Origin: Eledone cirrhosa
Lineage: Eukaryota
Length of the DNA stretch: 64,000 bases
Assembly: GCA_964016885.1 (NCBI GenBank)
Contig: OZ024755.1
Span: 2,356,001-2,420,000, forward strand
Direction: 5' to 3'
The position numbers and the translations under genes were made by a program. Below the pieces are notes generated by a model, which was not told where the DNA came from, made no database searches, and worked only from the letters and a program-made list of their open reading frames with translations. Shown here one piece after another: positions 27,410 to 41,919 of the stretch; the stretch's first letter is position 1, and each line of letters starts with the position of its first letter.

Positions 27410-28610
27410 TAATTATTAGGGTGGTGAAGACGGTAGGCTGGCAGTACCAATAGAGTATCAGACAACATGCTTTGTGTGGTATAGAGTTCTGAGTTCAAAT
27501 CCCAACGAGGTTAGCTTTGCCTTTCATCCTTACAGGGTCGATAAAATAAAGTATCAGTAATGTACTAGTGTTGATTTAATTAACACTCTCCTCTCCCAAA
27601 ATTGCTGGCCTTGTGTCTAAATCAGAAACCATTCGTATTAGGATGATGGTGTGGCAGAAACATTACTGTATAAACTTTAGGTTCTGAGTTAAAATCCTGT
27701 TATTCCTGGCTTAGTTTTCAGTCTTCATCAAGTTCATAAAAATAGATTCAGTATAACTCTCCGTCTCACAGAATCAGACAAGAATGGAGAAATTGTGTGT
27801 AGTATTTAGTTGTGTCTCTCTACAATTTTAATTTAGAATCTTGACAACGTCGATTTTGTCTTTCATTCTTTTATTCTTCTGCGGGGAGGGGGTCAGTAAA
27901 ATAAAGTGCTGGTCAAGTACTAGTGTTTAATATAGTTGATTGGTCTCTCCCGCCATATTTGTAGAGACATGTGCCTTTCATTAAAAACATTTGTATTATG
28001 ATATTAATGTTCTGAGTTCAAATCCCGCCGAGTTTTACTTTACTTTTCATCCTTACAGGATTCAATACTTTATTCACCTACCTTCCTCCATTCTCTCCAC
28101 CTACCTTCCTCCATTCTCTCCACCTACCTTCCTCCATTCTCTCCACCTACCTTCCTCCATTCTCCCCACCTACCTTCCTCCATTCTCTCCACCCTGTCAG
28201 TTTCCTGAATCACATCTAACAACTTTCCTCATGTTCAATTCAGGGTCCTTTAGTGTTGAGTAAATGTTTTCCTTCCCAATTCCCAAAAATTGTTGGTCCT
28301 GTGCCTAAAAATCAGCCAGTAATACACTGGGTAATTGCTGGCCTTGTGCCAAAAGTAGAAACAATTATTACTGTCACAGTCTTTTGTATTGTCCCCTATA
28401 TGTTGGCCCTTGTGGCCAATAAATGAAATCATTAGTATCGGTAGAGAGTCGGTCGCCATGCTTTGACGCATAGAGTTACGGCCCTTCTGAGTTCAAATCC
28501 CGCCGAGGTTAACTTTGCCTTTCATCCTTACGGGGTCGATAAAATAAAGTACCAGTAATGTACTGGGTAATTGCTGGCCTTGTGCCTAAAAGTAGAAACC
28601 ATTATTATTA
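27410..28610 (+). mobile_element. Cluster of SINE family A copies and fragments, with a 23 bp minisatellite at 28075-28192
   Basis: Copies at ~27420-27640 and ~28435-28610; fragments at ~27790-28060 and ~28270-28368. Confidence 0.82.
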
Positions 28611-29249
28611 ACTGTAATAGTTATTGTTGTTATTGTTGTTATTGTTACTGTGGTTACCAAGTATTGAATCATTGGGTTCATTTCTGCCACTTCATGTTTA
28701 CAACTACAGTTAAGTACCACATGGTGAAAATACACTCACACTCTAATACATACACACATACATATAGATGCACACATACATACAGAAACAGATATACACT
28801 CACACACAAACGCTCATACACACACATAAACACTAGCACCACACACACACTCTCTCTTAAATTCACCACACATCTAATGGTTTAGCTTAAGATTGAGAAG
28901 ACAATGTTTGATTTAGTTTGTTTCAGTTTTTGTCTATTTTTCATATTTAATTCTTTAAATATTGTGGCTAATTAGGTATTAAGAAATACTTTCATGTTTC
29001 CTGTCTTCACCTTATCCTTCCTTTTCTTTATTTTATTATCATTATTCTTTCTTTTGTCGCCACTTGAACCAAGAACAAACTTTCCTACATTTTAGTCTTT
29101 AACATCCGAAAAAGTTTTTTCTGTCAACTTTCTGCTGCCATGTTGGCTAGGTGGCATCGTTGTCAAAGTGGATATTTTTTGTTTCCTTTTAATTAGTAAT
29201 TGTAAACTTTTCAAGTCCAGTTACACAATTTCTTGTTTGTTCACGTGGA

Positions 29250-29610
29250 AAGCTGGAGCAATTTTCCTCCAAAGGATCTTTGGAGTAACATCATTCGATA
29301 GTGTATAGCTCGGAGATCAGTGAATCGTTCCAGGAAGGTGGAGATACTTCTCTAAATTCAGAGATCACACCTCTGGTGTTACAACAGACATATGGTTAGA
29401 ATGTCTGGGAAAAGAATCGTGGCACAGATTTTAATAAACAAAAGCAACTGGTAGCTGACCCAGAGGTAGACCCCGAACAAGATGGTTGGATAATATGTAT
29501 GAGCTGAGCTGGTATCGTTTGGGGATCCAGCCAGATCAATTGGAGATAGTTGCTTCTGGCAGGACCTGCTGGAAGGTGTTTGAGGACTCTACTCTCCCAA
29601 TGGAGAAGAA
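29250..29610 (+). pseudogene. 3' remnant of an RTE-clade LINE ORF
   Basis: Translates KATGS*PRGRPRTRWLDNMYELSWYRLGIQPDQLEIVASGRTCWK, matching the RTE (Rex3/Expander-like) C-terminal GRRPRGRPRTRW...RLGI...R..W motif; in-frame stop. Confidence 0.8.
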
Positions 29611-31115
29611 GAGTGCAGAGAACCTGAGGAAATACTGCAAGTCTGTTATTGTTGGTATTCAACAACCTGGAGTGCAACCTAGAGATACCTCTTCCTAGTG
29701 TATGTACTATGTTGTTGTAGTGCACCTGAGCATTGTACACAATAATTTCATTATTATTATAACAGTACACCAATGTAAGTGTTGATATAATGTAAGACTC
29801 AACAAACACATGGGAAAAGTTTCATGTCCCCCTGTTCCTCCATCAAACCATTGGCTCTAAGTTTGAGTAGTCAAATCTGCAGATGTGTTTTAAAAATGTG
29901 TTGCAGACTCAGTTTACCAGAAATGTGTGTGTGTGTGTGTGTGTGCGAACATGCATATTTCCGTGTATGTATGTGCTGGTGTGTGTGTGTGTGCATGTGA
30001 GATAGGATTATAAACCCACACATAGGCTGGGTTTAGAGGGAAGTTGACTAAAAAATCTGTTCCTGTTCTCACAGTGGAATACTAATTAAAACATATCATA
30101 TACAATGTAACAACACTAACTCACTTCTGTAAATTAACACAATTTTTTTTAACATTAGTCGATCTTAGTACTCGACTGTTACTTTATTTTATCTACCCCG
30201 GTACCTGATTAGATAACATAACTTGTTAAAGACTGTAAGATGGAACGGCTATAGCTGGAACACTTTTATCATAGGTTTACTTAATCAGGATTGACTTGGG
30301 GCTAAAAAACCCACCACAACAGCAACAATTAATAGTCAAAGAATAAATATCTATGATGTTACTTGCTCTGCTAAAAACAGTAGCCAAATCACCTTCAAAC
30401 CACACTGGACTGTCTGTATATTATTTTTCTTGCTCATAGAATAAACAAACTGAGTGTTTAAAATCATGAATTGTTTCAGTAAGTAGTAAGTTACTCCAGA
30501 ACTCTGACCATTAGAAAATATAAATAGGGAGAATGGTACTTATATATCAGCTGGGCCAGCTGATATTTGTAAGTAGTATATGAAGTATGGGCAAATACAT
30601 TTGAAGAGGCCATAAAGCTTTGTGCTAGAATTTGAACCCTAATAATAGAACTATTGTGCCTGTACTCTGGTATTTGGAACCACCAGACACCATTTTATCT
30701 TTCTTAACCCTCCTACTGCCTCTTCTGTGTGTATATATGTGTGTGTATACACACTTAATAAACACATATACAATCTGTTTCTACCCCCCCCCCTCACTCT
30801 CTGCCATTTAGTTAAGTATCAAGTTTAAATACTTGAGCAATATATCTTCCTTGGTGCTTTCATGCCTAGTTTTGGGTTTCAATTCTGATGGGGTGTGGGT
30901 TGAAGTTTGAACTAGATTTTCATCACTCATTTATCATGTCTGTGGTGTGTGTGTAGTGTGTGTAGTGTGTCTCACAGGAATAAGCATGTGGGATTTCTTG
31001 TAGTACCAGAGATAGATGATGAAATATGTCAAATATATAATATAATATGATAAATTAATCTAACATTCTATCTTTTGATCAAATATCTGCTCCCTTTTGA
31101 TGTTGGGGTGCTATG

Positions 31116-31295
31116 GAGACCTGGTGTCCATGGTGACTTGACCAATCACCAAGACCTTCTCTGGTGTCCATGATGACTTGACCAATCACCAAGACCTCTG
31201 GTGTCCATGGTGACTTGACCAATCACCAAGACCTCTGGTGTCCTGGGACTTAACCAATCACCAAGACCTTCTCTGGTGTCCATGGTAGCTTGACC
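31116..31295. repeat. ~39-41 bp unit x ~4.5 (ctctggtgtccatggtgacttgaccaatcaccaagacct)
   Basis: Tandem units. Confidence 0.9.
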
Positions 31296-33156
31296 AACCC
31301 CTTCCTTTTCTCAAACCAGTCACTGTGGAGACCTCTAGTGTTCTTGGCCCCAAAACTGCTGTTTTCCTCCGGGGTGCATCCCATCTGAGGCAGGAACTCG
31401 GCAAGGTTCAGTGGCTGATGCAGTGGGTGTCTGGTTCTTCTCCTCAGTAATACCTTCACAATCACCATCCAGGTTTGCTGTGGAGACTTCTGATGTCCTT
31501 GGCCCAGCAGGGGATCACCCTCCATGCTAGAATTATTGTCACTTCTGCCATGGCATAGTACTACTACCTTTACCACTTCCTAACCCTTTTTTGCCTTCAA
31601 AACCATTTTCTATTACCACCACCACTACCACCAACACTACCACTACTACTGTTGTCACTAAAGAGAAAACCTGCCAGCTCAAACTTCATTTTATTCTCTC
31701 TTCAGTTTACCCTTCAGTTGCCTATCTTTCTTCTCTTACCCTGTCTGCTAGTCCCCCCCCCCCCACTCACACCATGTCTCTGTTACTTTCTCACCCTTCA
31801 CAACCTCCCCCCTAATTCCGTACATATCTCTCTCTTACCTTCTCACCCTTCCTAAATCCCTCCTAACCCCCCCACACACGTCTCAGTTACCTTCTCACCC
31901 TTCACAACCCCCCCCCCCCTAATTTCCAGTCCCTCCTTGTCTCTCTTACTTTCTCACCCTTCCACCCCCCCTAATTCCAGCCCCTCTCTTACCTTCTCAC
32001 CCTTCACCCCCCCCCCTAATTTCCAGCCCCTCCATATCTTTTCTGTTACTTTCCCACCATTCCACAAAACCCTCCTCCTCAACTCTTTCTCACCTCACAA
32101 CTTGTTCTCCGTTCTTGCAATTTTTCCTGAAAATAACTCCATAACAAAGAATGGCTTCTGCTGTTTTTTTGTTTAGTTTTAGAAATTCTTTTTATTCTTT
32201 TTATCTTTTTTATTTGTAATGGGAGCGCCATATAAATCCTGCCCCCAACTCCGTCGCCATATAAATCCTGCCCCCCCCCCCCCCCCCCCCGTCACTTGTC
32301 TTCAATTTTTATTTTTATTCAGTTCCCATAAATCCATATATATATATATATATTTTTTTTTTTCTCTTGTGGTCCCAGCTTCTACCACCTGCAAACTCCC
32401 TACTTAGCCAGTATCTACCCCTACTACTCTTCATTGAAACGTGGGTAGCTGGTAGGTAAAGGACAGACAGACAAGGAAAATATGTAGGGGTTGGTTAATA
32501 TTTCTTTTCAATTTATCCTCTGCCTTCCTCTTGTGTTCTTCATTATAATCCACCATAAGCTGCCCCATCCTTTCTCACCTATTTCTCCCTTTTTCTCTCG
32601 CTTTCTCTGTCTCTCTCGCTTTCTCTGTCTCTTGCTTTCCCTGTCTCTCTTTTGCTTTCTCTCTCGCTTTCTCTGTCTCTCGCTTTCTCTTTATCTCTCA
32701 CTTTATCTCTATCTCTCACTTTATCTCTCTTGCTCCCTCTCTCACTTTCTCTATCTCTCTCCTTCCCCACCCCATACTGAATGCCTCTCTATTTGCCCCC
32801 CCCCCCCCCCATCACCCTAAAACTGCTTGTGACCTTTTGTTGCTTCCCTCTCATGTGAACTCAATACTAATCCTGTGGTATTGGACTGCCAACTTATAAC
32901 TTTCGAGTTCAAATCTCTTCTTACAGAAATAACATCTATTTTATCATGCTAGCATGGGCTGAACAGGTTGTATTGAGGCAGTCTTTTACAGCTGGAAGCC
33001 TTTCCTGGCACCAACTCTTTTAGTCCCCTCTTACAAATTATACGATAATACACACACCAGTTTCATTTTATAATTAGTTTTAACAAATAGTCAAGAGAAA
33101 GACAGAAGGCTGTCCTTGACCTTTGCAGACCCTCCCAGACCAATTAGATCGATATG

Positions 33157-33949
33157 GCAGGTCAGTGAATGGCCTGGATAGCTTCAGGTCAGCGACTGGC
33201 CTGGATAGCTTCAGGTCAGTGACTGGCCTGGATAGCTTCAGGTCAGTGAATGGCCTGGATAGCTTCAGGTCAGCGACTGGCCTGGATAGCTTCAGGTCAG
33301 CGACTGGCCTGGATAGCTTCAGGTCAGCGACTGGCCTGGATAGCTTCAGGTCAGCGACTGGCCTGGATAGCTTCAGGTCAGCGACTGGCCTGGATAGCTT
33401 CAGGTCAGTGACTGGCCTGGATAGCTTCAGGTCAGCGACTGGCCTGGATAGCTTCAAGTCAGCGACTGGCCTGGATAGCTTCAGGTCAGCGACTGGCCTG
33501 GATAGCTTCAGGTCAGTGACTGGCCTGGATAGCTTCAGGTCAGTGACTGGCCTGGATAGCTTCAAGTCAGCGACTGGCCTGGATAGCTTCAGGTCAGCGA
33601 CTGGCCTGGATAGCTTCAGGTCAGTGACTGGCCTGGATAGCTTCAGGTCAGCGACTGGCCTGGATAGCTTCAAGTCAGCGACTGGCCTGGATAGCTTCAG
33701 GTCAGTGACTGGCCTGGATAGCTTCAGGTCAGTGACTGGCCTGGATAGCTTCAGGTCAGCGACTGGCCTGGATAGCTTCAGGTCAGCGACTGGCCTGGAT
33801 AGCTTCAGGTCAGCGACTGGCCTGGATAGCTTCAGGTCAGCGACTGGCCTGGATAGCTTCAGGTCAGCGACTGGCCTGGATAGCTTCAAGTCAGCGACTG
33901 GCCTGGATAGCTTCAGGTCAGCGACTGGCCTGGATAGCTTCAGGTCAGT
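33157..33949. repeat. Minisatellite, 27 bp unit x ~29 (caggtcagcgactggcctggatagctt)
   Basis: Tandem units; stop-free in one frame per strand by chance. Confidence 0.97.
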
Positions 33950-34005
33950 GTCCACTACAAATAACATGACCAAGGATGTGTTTTTGATGCAAGATACACA
34001 CTTAA

Positions 34006-34208
34006 CCCTATTTATAATGATATGCATTGTATTTCAATTAATTAATGAGAAATTAGGAGAGATTTAGTAAAATTATTGATTTATTTAAATTTTGCAATAA
34101 GAAAATGTACTTATGTCAAATTATATTGGAAGATTTAAATATCAGGGGGTTCTCTTTAAAATGAGTGGTTTGATTTCATAGAACCGGTGACAGTTAGTAG
34201 CAAAAGGG
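34006..34208. mobile_element. piggyBac-type MITE, diverged
   Basis: TTAA|CCCT...AGGG|TTAA termini (34002-34009 and 34205-34212). Confidence 0.6.
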
Positions 34209-34687
34209 TTAATTCTATATTGCTTCAATTAACTTAAACGTCAGAAATAATAGATTGCAAATTATTTGGGGAAGTTAATTGTGATAGCCAGGTGTCTAAT
34301 CCAGGATTAGATTTATTTCTCACTCGCTTCATCTCATGACAGAGTTTAGACATATTACATGCCTCAGTATGACTGCAGTTCAATGGCTGAGACCAGGAAA
34401 AGAATACAAGAATATGTTCAGTGTGTTTGTTTGTTTGTGGGGTTTGTATAAGAGTTGTCAGATAAGTTTCTGAGGTTTGTATGTTGGAGAATCTAACCTA
34501 GTTTCAATATCTTTAACAAACATGGGGAGAGCATTTGTGTGTGGTTAGCAATAAATAACCTTATGAGAGGAATGTAGTAGATGGAAACAGAGCAGAAGCC
34601 AGCCATACACCTCTCCATCTCTCTCTCCCTCCCTTATCGCTCTCTCTCCTCGCTCTCTGTTTTTCTCTCTTTGTCATCTCTATCTAT

Positions 34688-34820
<133 letters not shown>

Positions 34821-35017
34821 AATATATTACACAGAGAGAAGTGTGTTACACAGTGAGATGTGTGTAAAGAATTATTACATGTGAGTTTAACCATTACTGT
34901 ATGGAAAACAACACCTACAGGTTAGCAATTAAATAGAAAGAACACTAAGTCATATATATATATATAGTATAAGAATAAAGGAACAAAGAATCAGTGTTGC
35001 ATCATAACATTTAATAA

Positions 35018-35107
35018 CATATTACATATGTTTCACTGTCGATTAGCTCGAGGAACAATCTATTGTTGATCAAACCTGACTCTGGAATCAAAAGATCCTC
35101 AGATATG
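35018..35107 (-). ncRNA. Type I hammerhead with long stem II insertion (near-canonical, probably decayed)
   Basis: Minus strand reads catat CTGAGGA tcttttgatt-ccagagtcaggtttgatcaacaatagattgttcctcgagct-aatcgacagt GAAA catatg TA atatg. The 10.1-11.1 pair is U-U rather than G-C. Confidence 0.75.
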
Positions 35108-35348
35108 CCTCAATATGTAAGCTCGTCTCTATATCAAATTGGTAGAGTGATGTAGAGATAATTTTCTCTCTCTACATATTGAGTTCAGATCTTGGGTGTC
35201 ACTAAACCTCCTATAAATACAGTGAGATTGATTTAATCATCCATACTTCAGGACCAATTGATGCAATCAGCCATTCCTCCACCTCACCAACACCATCAAA
35301 GACAAACACTCAAAAAAAGTCCTTGTATCTAGGTATAATGAATTAACC

Positions 35349-35381
<33 letters not shown>

Positions 35382-36049
35382 TTATGTTGTCAAAATTACT
35401 TTGATATTGGTGATTAATAACAGTGTTAATGTCGTAACTACAACAACAACAACACCCATATTACATCCTACATTTTGATAATGTTTGATAAAAACTGGGG
35501 GGAAAAAAATGTTATTAACACAATGTTGTGTTTGATATCACATCATATGTGATAAAAAAAAATTAATACACATACACACACACACACACACCGACACAAA
35601 CACACAGACACCAACACACAGACAGCGACACACAAACAGCAACACACAAACACAGACGCAAACAGCGACACACACAGATACAGACACAAACACACACAGA
35701 CATGCCTTCTGCTCTCATTTTTGAAATATTCCATTATGTAAAAATCTTCTTCTCTCAACATAAAACTCAACTGCCTCTCTTTCCTTTTTAAAACAATACA
35801 ATTTCGACAAAAAAAAAATTATGAAAGATACTGAAAACTCATTTGATATTTTAATCACAACTATTATGATTTTCAACAAAAGACCTGAAACAAGTGTTTA
35901 TTTTCTAGAATAATGATAAACAATAATAATAATAATAATTGTAATGGTATTAATAATAACAAATAATGGTAATGAAGTTTTATTTTATATAATTATCTTT
36001 TAGTGTTTTGAAGTTTGCTGGCTTTTATTTTATGTTTTATACTGTTTTA

Positions 36050-36835
36050 GTATTAGTAGCATTGTTGTTGTTGTTATTATCAGTAGTAGTAGTAGCGTTG
36101 TTGTTATTATTATTATTAGTAGTAGTAGTTGTAGTAGTAGTATAAATGTTACCGACATATTGTCAGCCCTTGTGGCCAATAAATGAAATCATTATTATTA
36201 TTAGTAGTAGTAGTAGTAGTGGTAGTAGAAGTGTTGTAATTATTATTAGTAGTAGTAGTGGTAGTAGAAGTGTTGTTGTTGTTAGTAGTAGTAGTAGTGG
36301 TAGTAGAAGTGTTGTTAGTAGTAGTAGTGGTAGTAGTAGTGGTAGTAGAAGTGTTGTTAGTAGTAGTAGTGGTAGTAGAAGTGTTGTTAGTAGTAGTAGT
36401 AGTGGTATTACTGTTGTTATTTGCTAGTCTTTGAAGATATTGTCACCTTGTTATTGGTTTACCGAAGAACAATGACTGAGAAATTGAAATTAAAAGATAA
36501 TTGGGGAAAAAATAATAAAAAAATTTAAAAAAATTTAGAAAGAAAATAAAACTGTAAAGAAAACAATAAAAAAAAACCAAAGTAGCTAAAGTCAGCTACC
36601 TCAAGATGACTTGATTGGTGGTGATTGTGATGATGATGATACTTGATGTGGTGGTGGTGGTGGTATGGTTGGTAGTGATGATGGTGGTGGTGATTGTGGT
36701 GATGATGATGATGATGTTGATGATAGTTGACATGGTGGTGATATGGTTGTTGGTGATGATTGTGGTGATGATGATGATGGTGATACTTGACATGGTGGTG
36801 GTGATCATGGTGATGATGTTGATGATGATGGCGAT
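36050..36835. repeat. (AGT)n / (GTT)n and (GAT)n / (GGT)n trinucleotide tracts
   Basis: Visible in the sequence. Confidence 0.9.
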
Positions 36836-37239
36836 AATTACAAACATAATTTTACTTCATAATTTTTGAGACTATTTATTCTAAAAGTTTATTATTTTTG
36901 AATTAAAATCTTTACTGAAGTAAAGATGTCTGCCCCACCCACGGTAATTATGACAATCTAATAATCTTTTCATTATATTTGTCACAAGGTTCCATTTATT
37001 TCAAAACATTTTGCAGGATGTGTGAACAACATTGTTGTATCATCTCTCTGTTAGAGGAAGAGACCCCCATCCCCTCAGCTTCCAGGTTATCAGCCCTGGC
37101 AACTGAGGACAAAATAGTATTTGTCATTAGTTAACCCTTGATGTTGTAACCTGAGGTGTTTTGAAAACATTTGTCACTATTCTGCAACAATTAGCTACCC
37201 CTTGCTGTTGCAGCATAAGAACTTTTCTTGATGGTCTCA

Positions 37240-37380
37240 TAATTGCAAGATGGTTGGATAACATCGATGAGCTTGGCTGGTCTTGGTGGGGATCCAACTG
37301 GAGATGGTTGCCTCCGAAAGGACCTACTGGAAAGAGTGTTTGAGGACTCTGACTCCCAAAGACCCTCCCAGGAATAAGTG
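37240..37380 (+). pseudogene. Second RTE LINE 3' end fragment
   Basis: caagatggttggataacatcgatgagcttggctggtc...tgtttgaggactct aligns with 29478-29590. Confidence 0.75.
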
Positions 37381-37921
37381 GGGGGAGGAGGAAGTCTGAT
37401 AATTGCAATGATGATTGTTAGAAAAATTGATAATTATGATGATGGTAGTAGTAATTATGAGGTGTAGGGAGACATAAACAGCAAAATTAGAAAATTAAAT
37501 TATGTAGCGTGTTTTTAATTTTGGTCTTTTGAATAAATTCTCGACTATCATTCCTTTTCTGTCCTTCATACCCCCCCCCCCCCCACACACACACTGTTTC
37601 ATAAATATTTTTATCTTTACTTCTTCTTCATTCATGCCTCTCTCTCTCTCCCTCTCTCTCCTTATTCCCGTCCTTTTCTTTTAAATTCATCTTTCATCTC
37701 TCTCTCTTCTATCTATCTTTCTCGCCTCTCTTCTCTCCCCCCCCCCACTCTTTTACTTTTCTCTATCTTTCATACACAGTTCTCTCTTCCATATTACTCC
37801 ACCCCCTCTCACCCCCCCTCCACTTCTCCATGTTTTAATTCCAGTAACAAGTGTTGTTTGTAATGGAGAATGTTTTATCACAGACATGCATCAGATATGC
37901 AAACACATGGCATCTTCTCCA

Positions 37922-37978
<57 letters not shown>

Positions 37979-38029
37979 CTATTCTCTTAATACTCCCTTC
38001 TTTCATATTTTCCATTTCATTGCATGAAA

Positions 38030-39390
38030 GTCCCACCCCAAACCACCACCACCATTGTTATACTCCACCCCTAACCACCACCATCAATGTTATACTCCAC
38101 CCCAAACCACCACCACCACCATCACTTATACTCCACCCCAGTCCACCACCACCAATGTTAACCACCAGCACAACCACTGTTATACTCTATCCAAGAGTCT
38201 GTACCACCACCACTGTTAACCAACACCACCACCACCACCGCTGTTAACCAACACCACCACCACCACCGCTGTTAACCACCACCACCGTTAACCAACACCA
38301 ACACCAACACCACCACTGTTAACCACCACCACCGTTAACCAACACCACCAACATCAACACCACTGTTAACCAACACCAACACCACCACCACCACCACTGT
38401 TAACCAACACCACCACCAATGTTACACTCCACCACCACTGTTAACCAACACCACCACCACCACTGTTAACCAACACCACCACCACCACTGTTAACCAACA
38501 CCACCACCACCACTGTTAACCAACACCACCACCAATGTTACACTCCACCACCACTGTTAACCAACACCACCACCACCACTGTTAACCAACACCACCACCA
38601 CCACTGTTAACCAACACCACCACCACCACTGTTAACCAACACCACCACCAATGTTAACCACCACCACCACCACCACCACTGTTAACCACCACCACCACCA
38701 CCACCGCTGTTAACCACCACCACCACCACTGTTAACCAACACCACCACCACCACTGTTAACCACCAACACCACCACCACCACTGTTAACCACCACCACCA
38801 CCACCACCACTGTTAACCAACAACACCACCACCACCACTGTTAACCACCACCACCACCACCGCCAATGTTAAACTCCATGCCAGACACGGCTGAAATTCT
38901 ATGACAAGAGTTATATTTATCTATTTATTTTATTTTATAAAGCAACATTTTGAAAACCAAAAAATTGAAGACAACAACAGCCACAACAACAACAACTACT
39001 ACAACAACCACCACAACAACAACTACAACAACAACAACCACAACAGCCACAACAACAACTACAACAACAGCCACAACAACAACAACAACTACTACAACAA
39101 CTACCACAACAGCCACAACCACAACAGCAACTACTACAACAACCACCACAACAACAGCCACAACAACTACTACAACAGCCACAACAACAACTACAACCAC
39201 CACAACAACAGCCACAACAACAACAACAACCACCACAACAACAGCCACAACAACAACAACAACCACCACCACAGCAACAACAACAACTACTACAACCACC
39301 ACAACAGCCACAACAACTACAACAACAACAACCACCACAACGACAGCCACAACAACAACCACAACAACAGTCACAACAATAATAATAAAA
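38030..39390. repeat. (ACC)n-ctgttaacc minisatellite (38030-38870) and cryptic (AAC)n tract (38970-39390)
   Basis: Visible in the sequence. Confidence 0.93.
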
Positions 39391-40526
39391 AACCCCAGAA
39401 CCCAGTACCAGACGACAAAGTCAAGCTAAAGTAAAGTGAACATCGAAAGTATTCGTATTTTTATCATTTGTATTTATTATTTAAAATGTTCGATTATAAT
39501 AAAGAGAACCTTTGAGAGATGTCTTGGTGTGGGAATATAGTCCCAAGACAGGCTTTGGGAATTTCAGATTCTGCTGCTGCGACGAATTCAATGAAAAATG
39601 AAATAAGTGCAAAGAAAAGAGGAGAGGTGGGAGGGAGGGATGATGGTGTTATTTTTATTATTATTATTATTTTTATTTATATATTTTAAAAGTGAATTCT
39701 TTCATAATTGGTTGATAAACGATGCCATTAGAAGACACCCCTCTTCTTCGCAATGATGATAATGCCTCTTTTAATCAGAATTTCTTCAAAGTTTTATAAT
39801 TTTTATAATTTCTTTTTATATAATAAAACTCAACAACAGTAACACAACATCAAAGGAAGAAGAAGAAGAAGAAGAAGATTCCTTTTTTTATGTTTGTTGT
39901 TGTTTTTGTTAATGAAATTTTTTTTTTTTTTTTTTTTTTCTAATTCTTTTAAATTTTTGTCATGAACCCTCAAGTGTATTCTTTGCACTGTATGTGTGTG
40001 GTGTATGTATGTGTGTGTATATATATATATATATATATAATGTGTGTGTGTGTGTGTATATATATATGTGTGTATGGTGTATGTATATGTGTGTATATAT
40101 ATATATGTGTGTGTGTATATACATATATATGTGTGTGTGTGTGTGTATACATATATATATGTGTGTGTGTATACATATATGTGTGATGTATGTATGTATG
40201 TGTGTGTATATATATATGTATTTATGTATATGGAGGTATGTGTGTGATATATGTATATATAGTTTTATTTGAACTTTTCCATGCTGGCATGGGTCGAACG
40301 GAACTTTTTGAGGCAATATTTCAATATTTTACAGTCGGGTGCTTTTCTTGACACTAAACCTTTTAGTCCAACACCCAGGAATATATGAGGTACCTATTCT
40401 AAACAGGAGACACACACACACATACACAGACAGACACACACACACACACACACACAGACATAGACACACACACAGACATAGACAGACACACACACACACA
40501 CACACACACAGACACACACACACACA

Positions 40527-40573
<47 letters not shown>

Positions 40574-40664
40574 GACATAGACACTAGAGGTATAAAATAC
40601 CATTCTACTAAAACCATTCAAACATTAGCTGAGTGGCCATTCAATATATCTGACCACAGTGCAA

Positions 40665-40813
40665 ATAATTGTTTCTACTTTAGGCACAAGGCCAGCAATT
40701 TGAAGGAGAGGGGGGAAAGTTGGTTAAATCGACATAAGTTCATTACTGGTACTTTATTTTATCGACCCCAGTAAGGATGAAAGGCAAAGTTAACCTTGGT
40801 GGGATTTGAACTC
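40665..40813 (-). mobile_element. SINE family A (long-tail variant)
   Basis: Consensus motifs plus an extra ~30 bp segment. Confidence 0.85.
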
Positions 40814-40890
40814 GATGTAAATATTTTCTGAGGAGAAAAACTGGCAATGTCTGACGTTTCAGCATGGTTCTTTCATCTAACAGTGTCTGA

Positions 40891-40930
<40 letters not shown>

Positions 40931-41123
40931 GTACATGTATGTTGTATGTATATGTGAGTGTTTTTATGTATATGTATATGTGTGTATTTTTATGTATATA
41001 TATATATATATATATGTATATGTATGTATATGTGTGTTTTTATGTATATATATATATATATATATGTATGTATATGTGTGTGTTTTTATGTATATATGTA
41101 TATATATTTATATATATAAAAAC

Positions 41124-41156
<33 letters not shown>

Positions 41157-41196
41157 CATAAAAGCACACACATATACATACATATATATATATTTA

Positions 41197-41475
41197 TGTT
41201 TCTCTTTCTCTTCATTCCGAGTACATTTTTTGACCGGCCACCTTCCTGGTGGCAAGGTTGTAAAAGAAAAGAAATTGTCATCCCTTGAATCGCAAGAATG
41301 TTTTGCAAATTTCAAAGGTGCCAGCTATCGCAGCCATTTGTAATCTATGAATCAGGGATCTGCGCTCTTTGTCCACAAATCCCAGCGGTATATAACCTGT
41401 AGCTCCAATAATGATGGATATGAAGCTGAAGGTGTATCTTGGATACTGGATTTGCAAACTCCTCATCAATCGTCT
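41197..41475 (-). pseudogene. 5'-truncated R4/Dong-like (RLE) non-LTR retrotransposon 3' end inserted in TA-rich microsatellite
   Basis: ORF 41278-41469, [46 protein letters not shown], resembles the R4/Dong C-terminus (P.VIGALG...LQK.A..GT..I.R.FL), followed by a short 3' UTR. Confidence 0.7.
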
Positions 41476-41919
41476 GTATGTATATATGGGTGTATGTATA
41501 TATATATATATATGTGTGTATATATGTGTGTATGTGTATATGTGTATATATGTATGTATGTGTATATGTGTATATATGTATGTATATATGTATATATGTG
41601 TGTATGTATATATATGTATATGTATGTATATATGTGTGTATGTATATATATGTATATGTATGTATATATGTGTGTATGTATATATATGTATATGTATGTA
41701 TATGTATATATGTATGTATATATGTATATGTATGTATGTGTATGTATATATGTATGTATATATGTGTATATATATATGTGTGTGTGTATGCCAAACCCGT
41801 CTCTACTTCCTCCTAAACATGATACTAAGACTGTGGTGTTACATTCCTGTGTTTCGGTTGTCATTCCTTAAAAACAGTTAATATAATGGTTTGGCCAGGT
41901 TTTTATTATTTTTTTAAAA

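Noticed and set aside
33080-34067. 314/315 aa repeat proteins on both strands
   Set aside because: A 27-bp unit divisible by 3, with no unique domain and no splice or codon evidence.
38901-39434. Asn/His- or Thr-rich (mucin-like) protein
   Set aside because: A cryptic (AAC)n microsatellite open in several frames.
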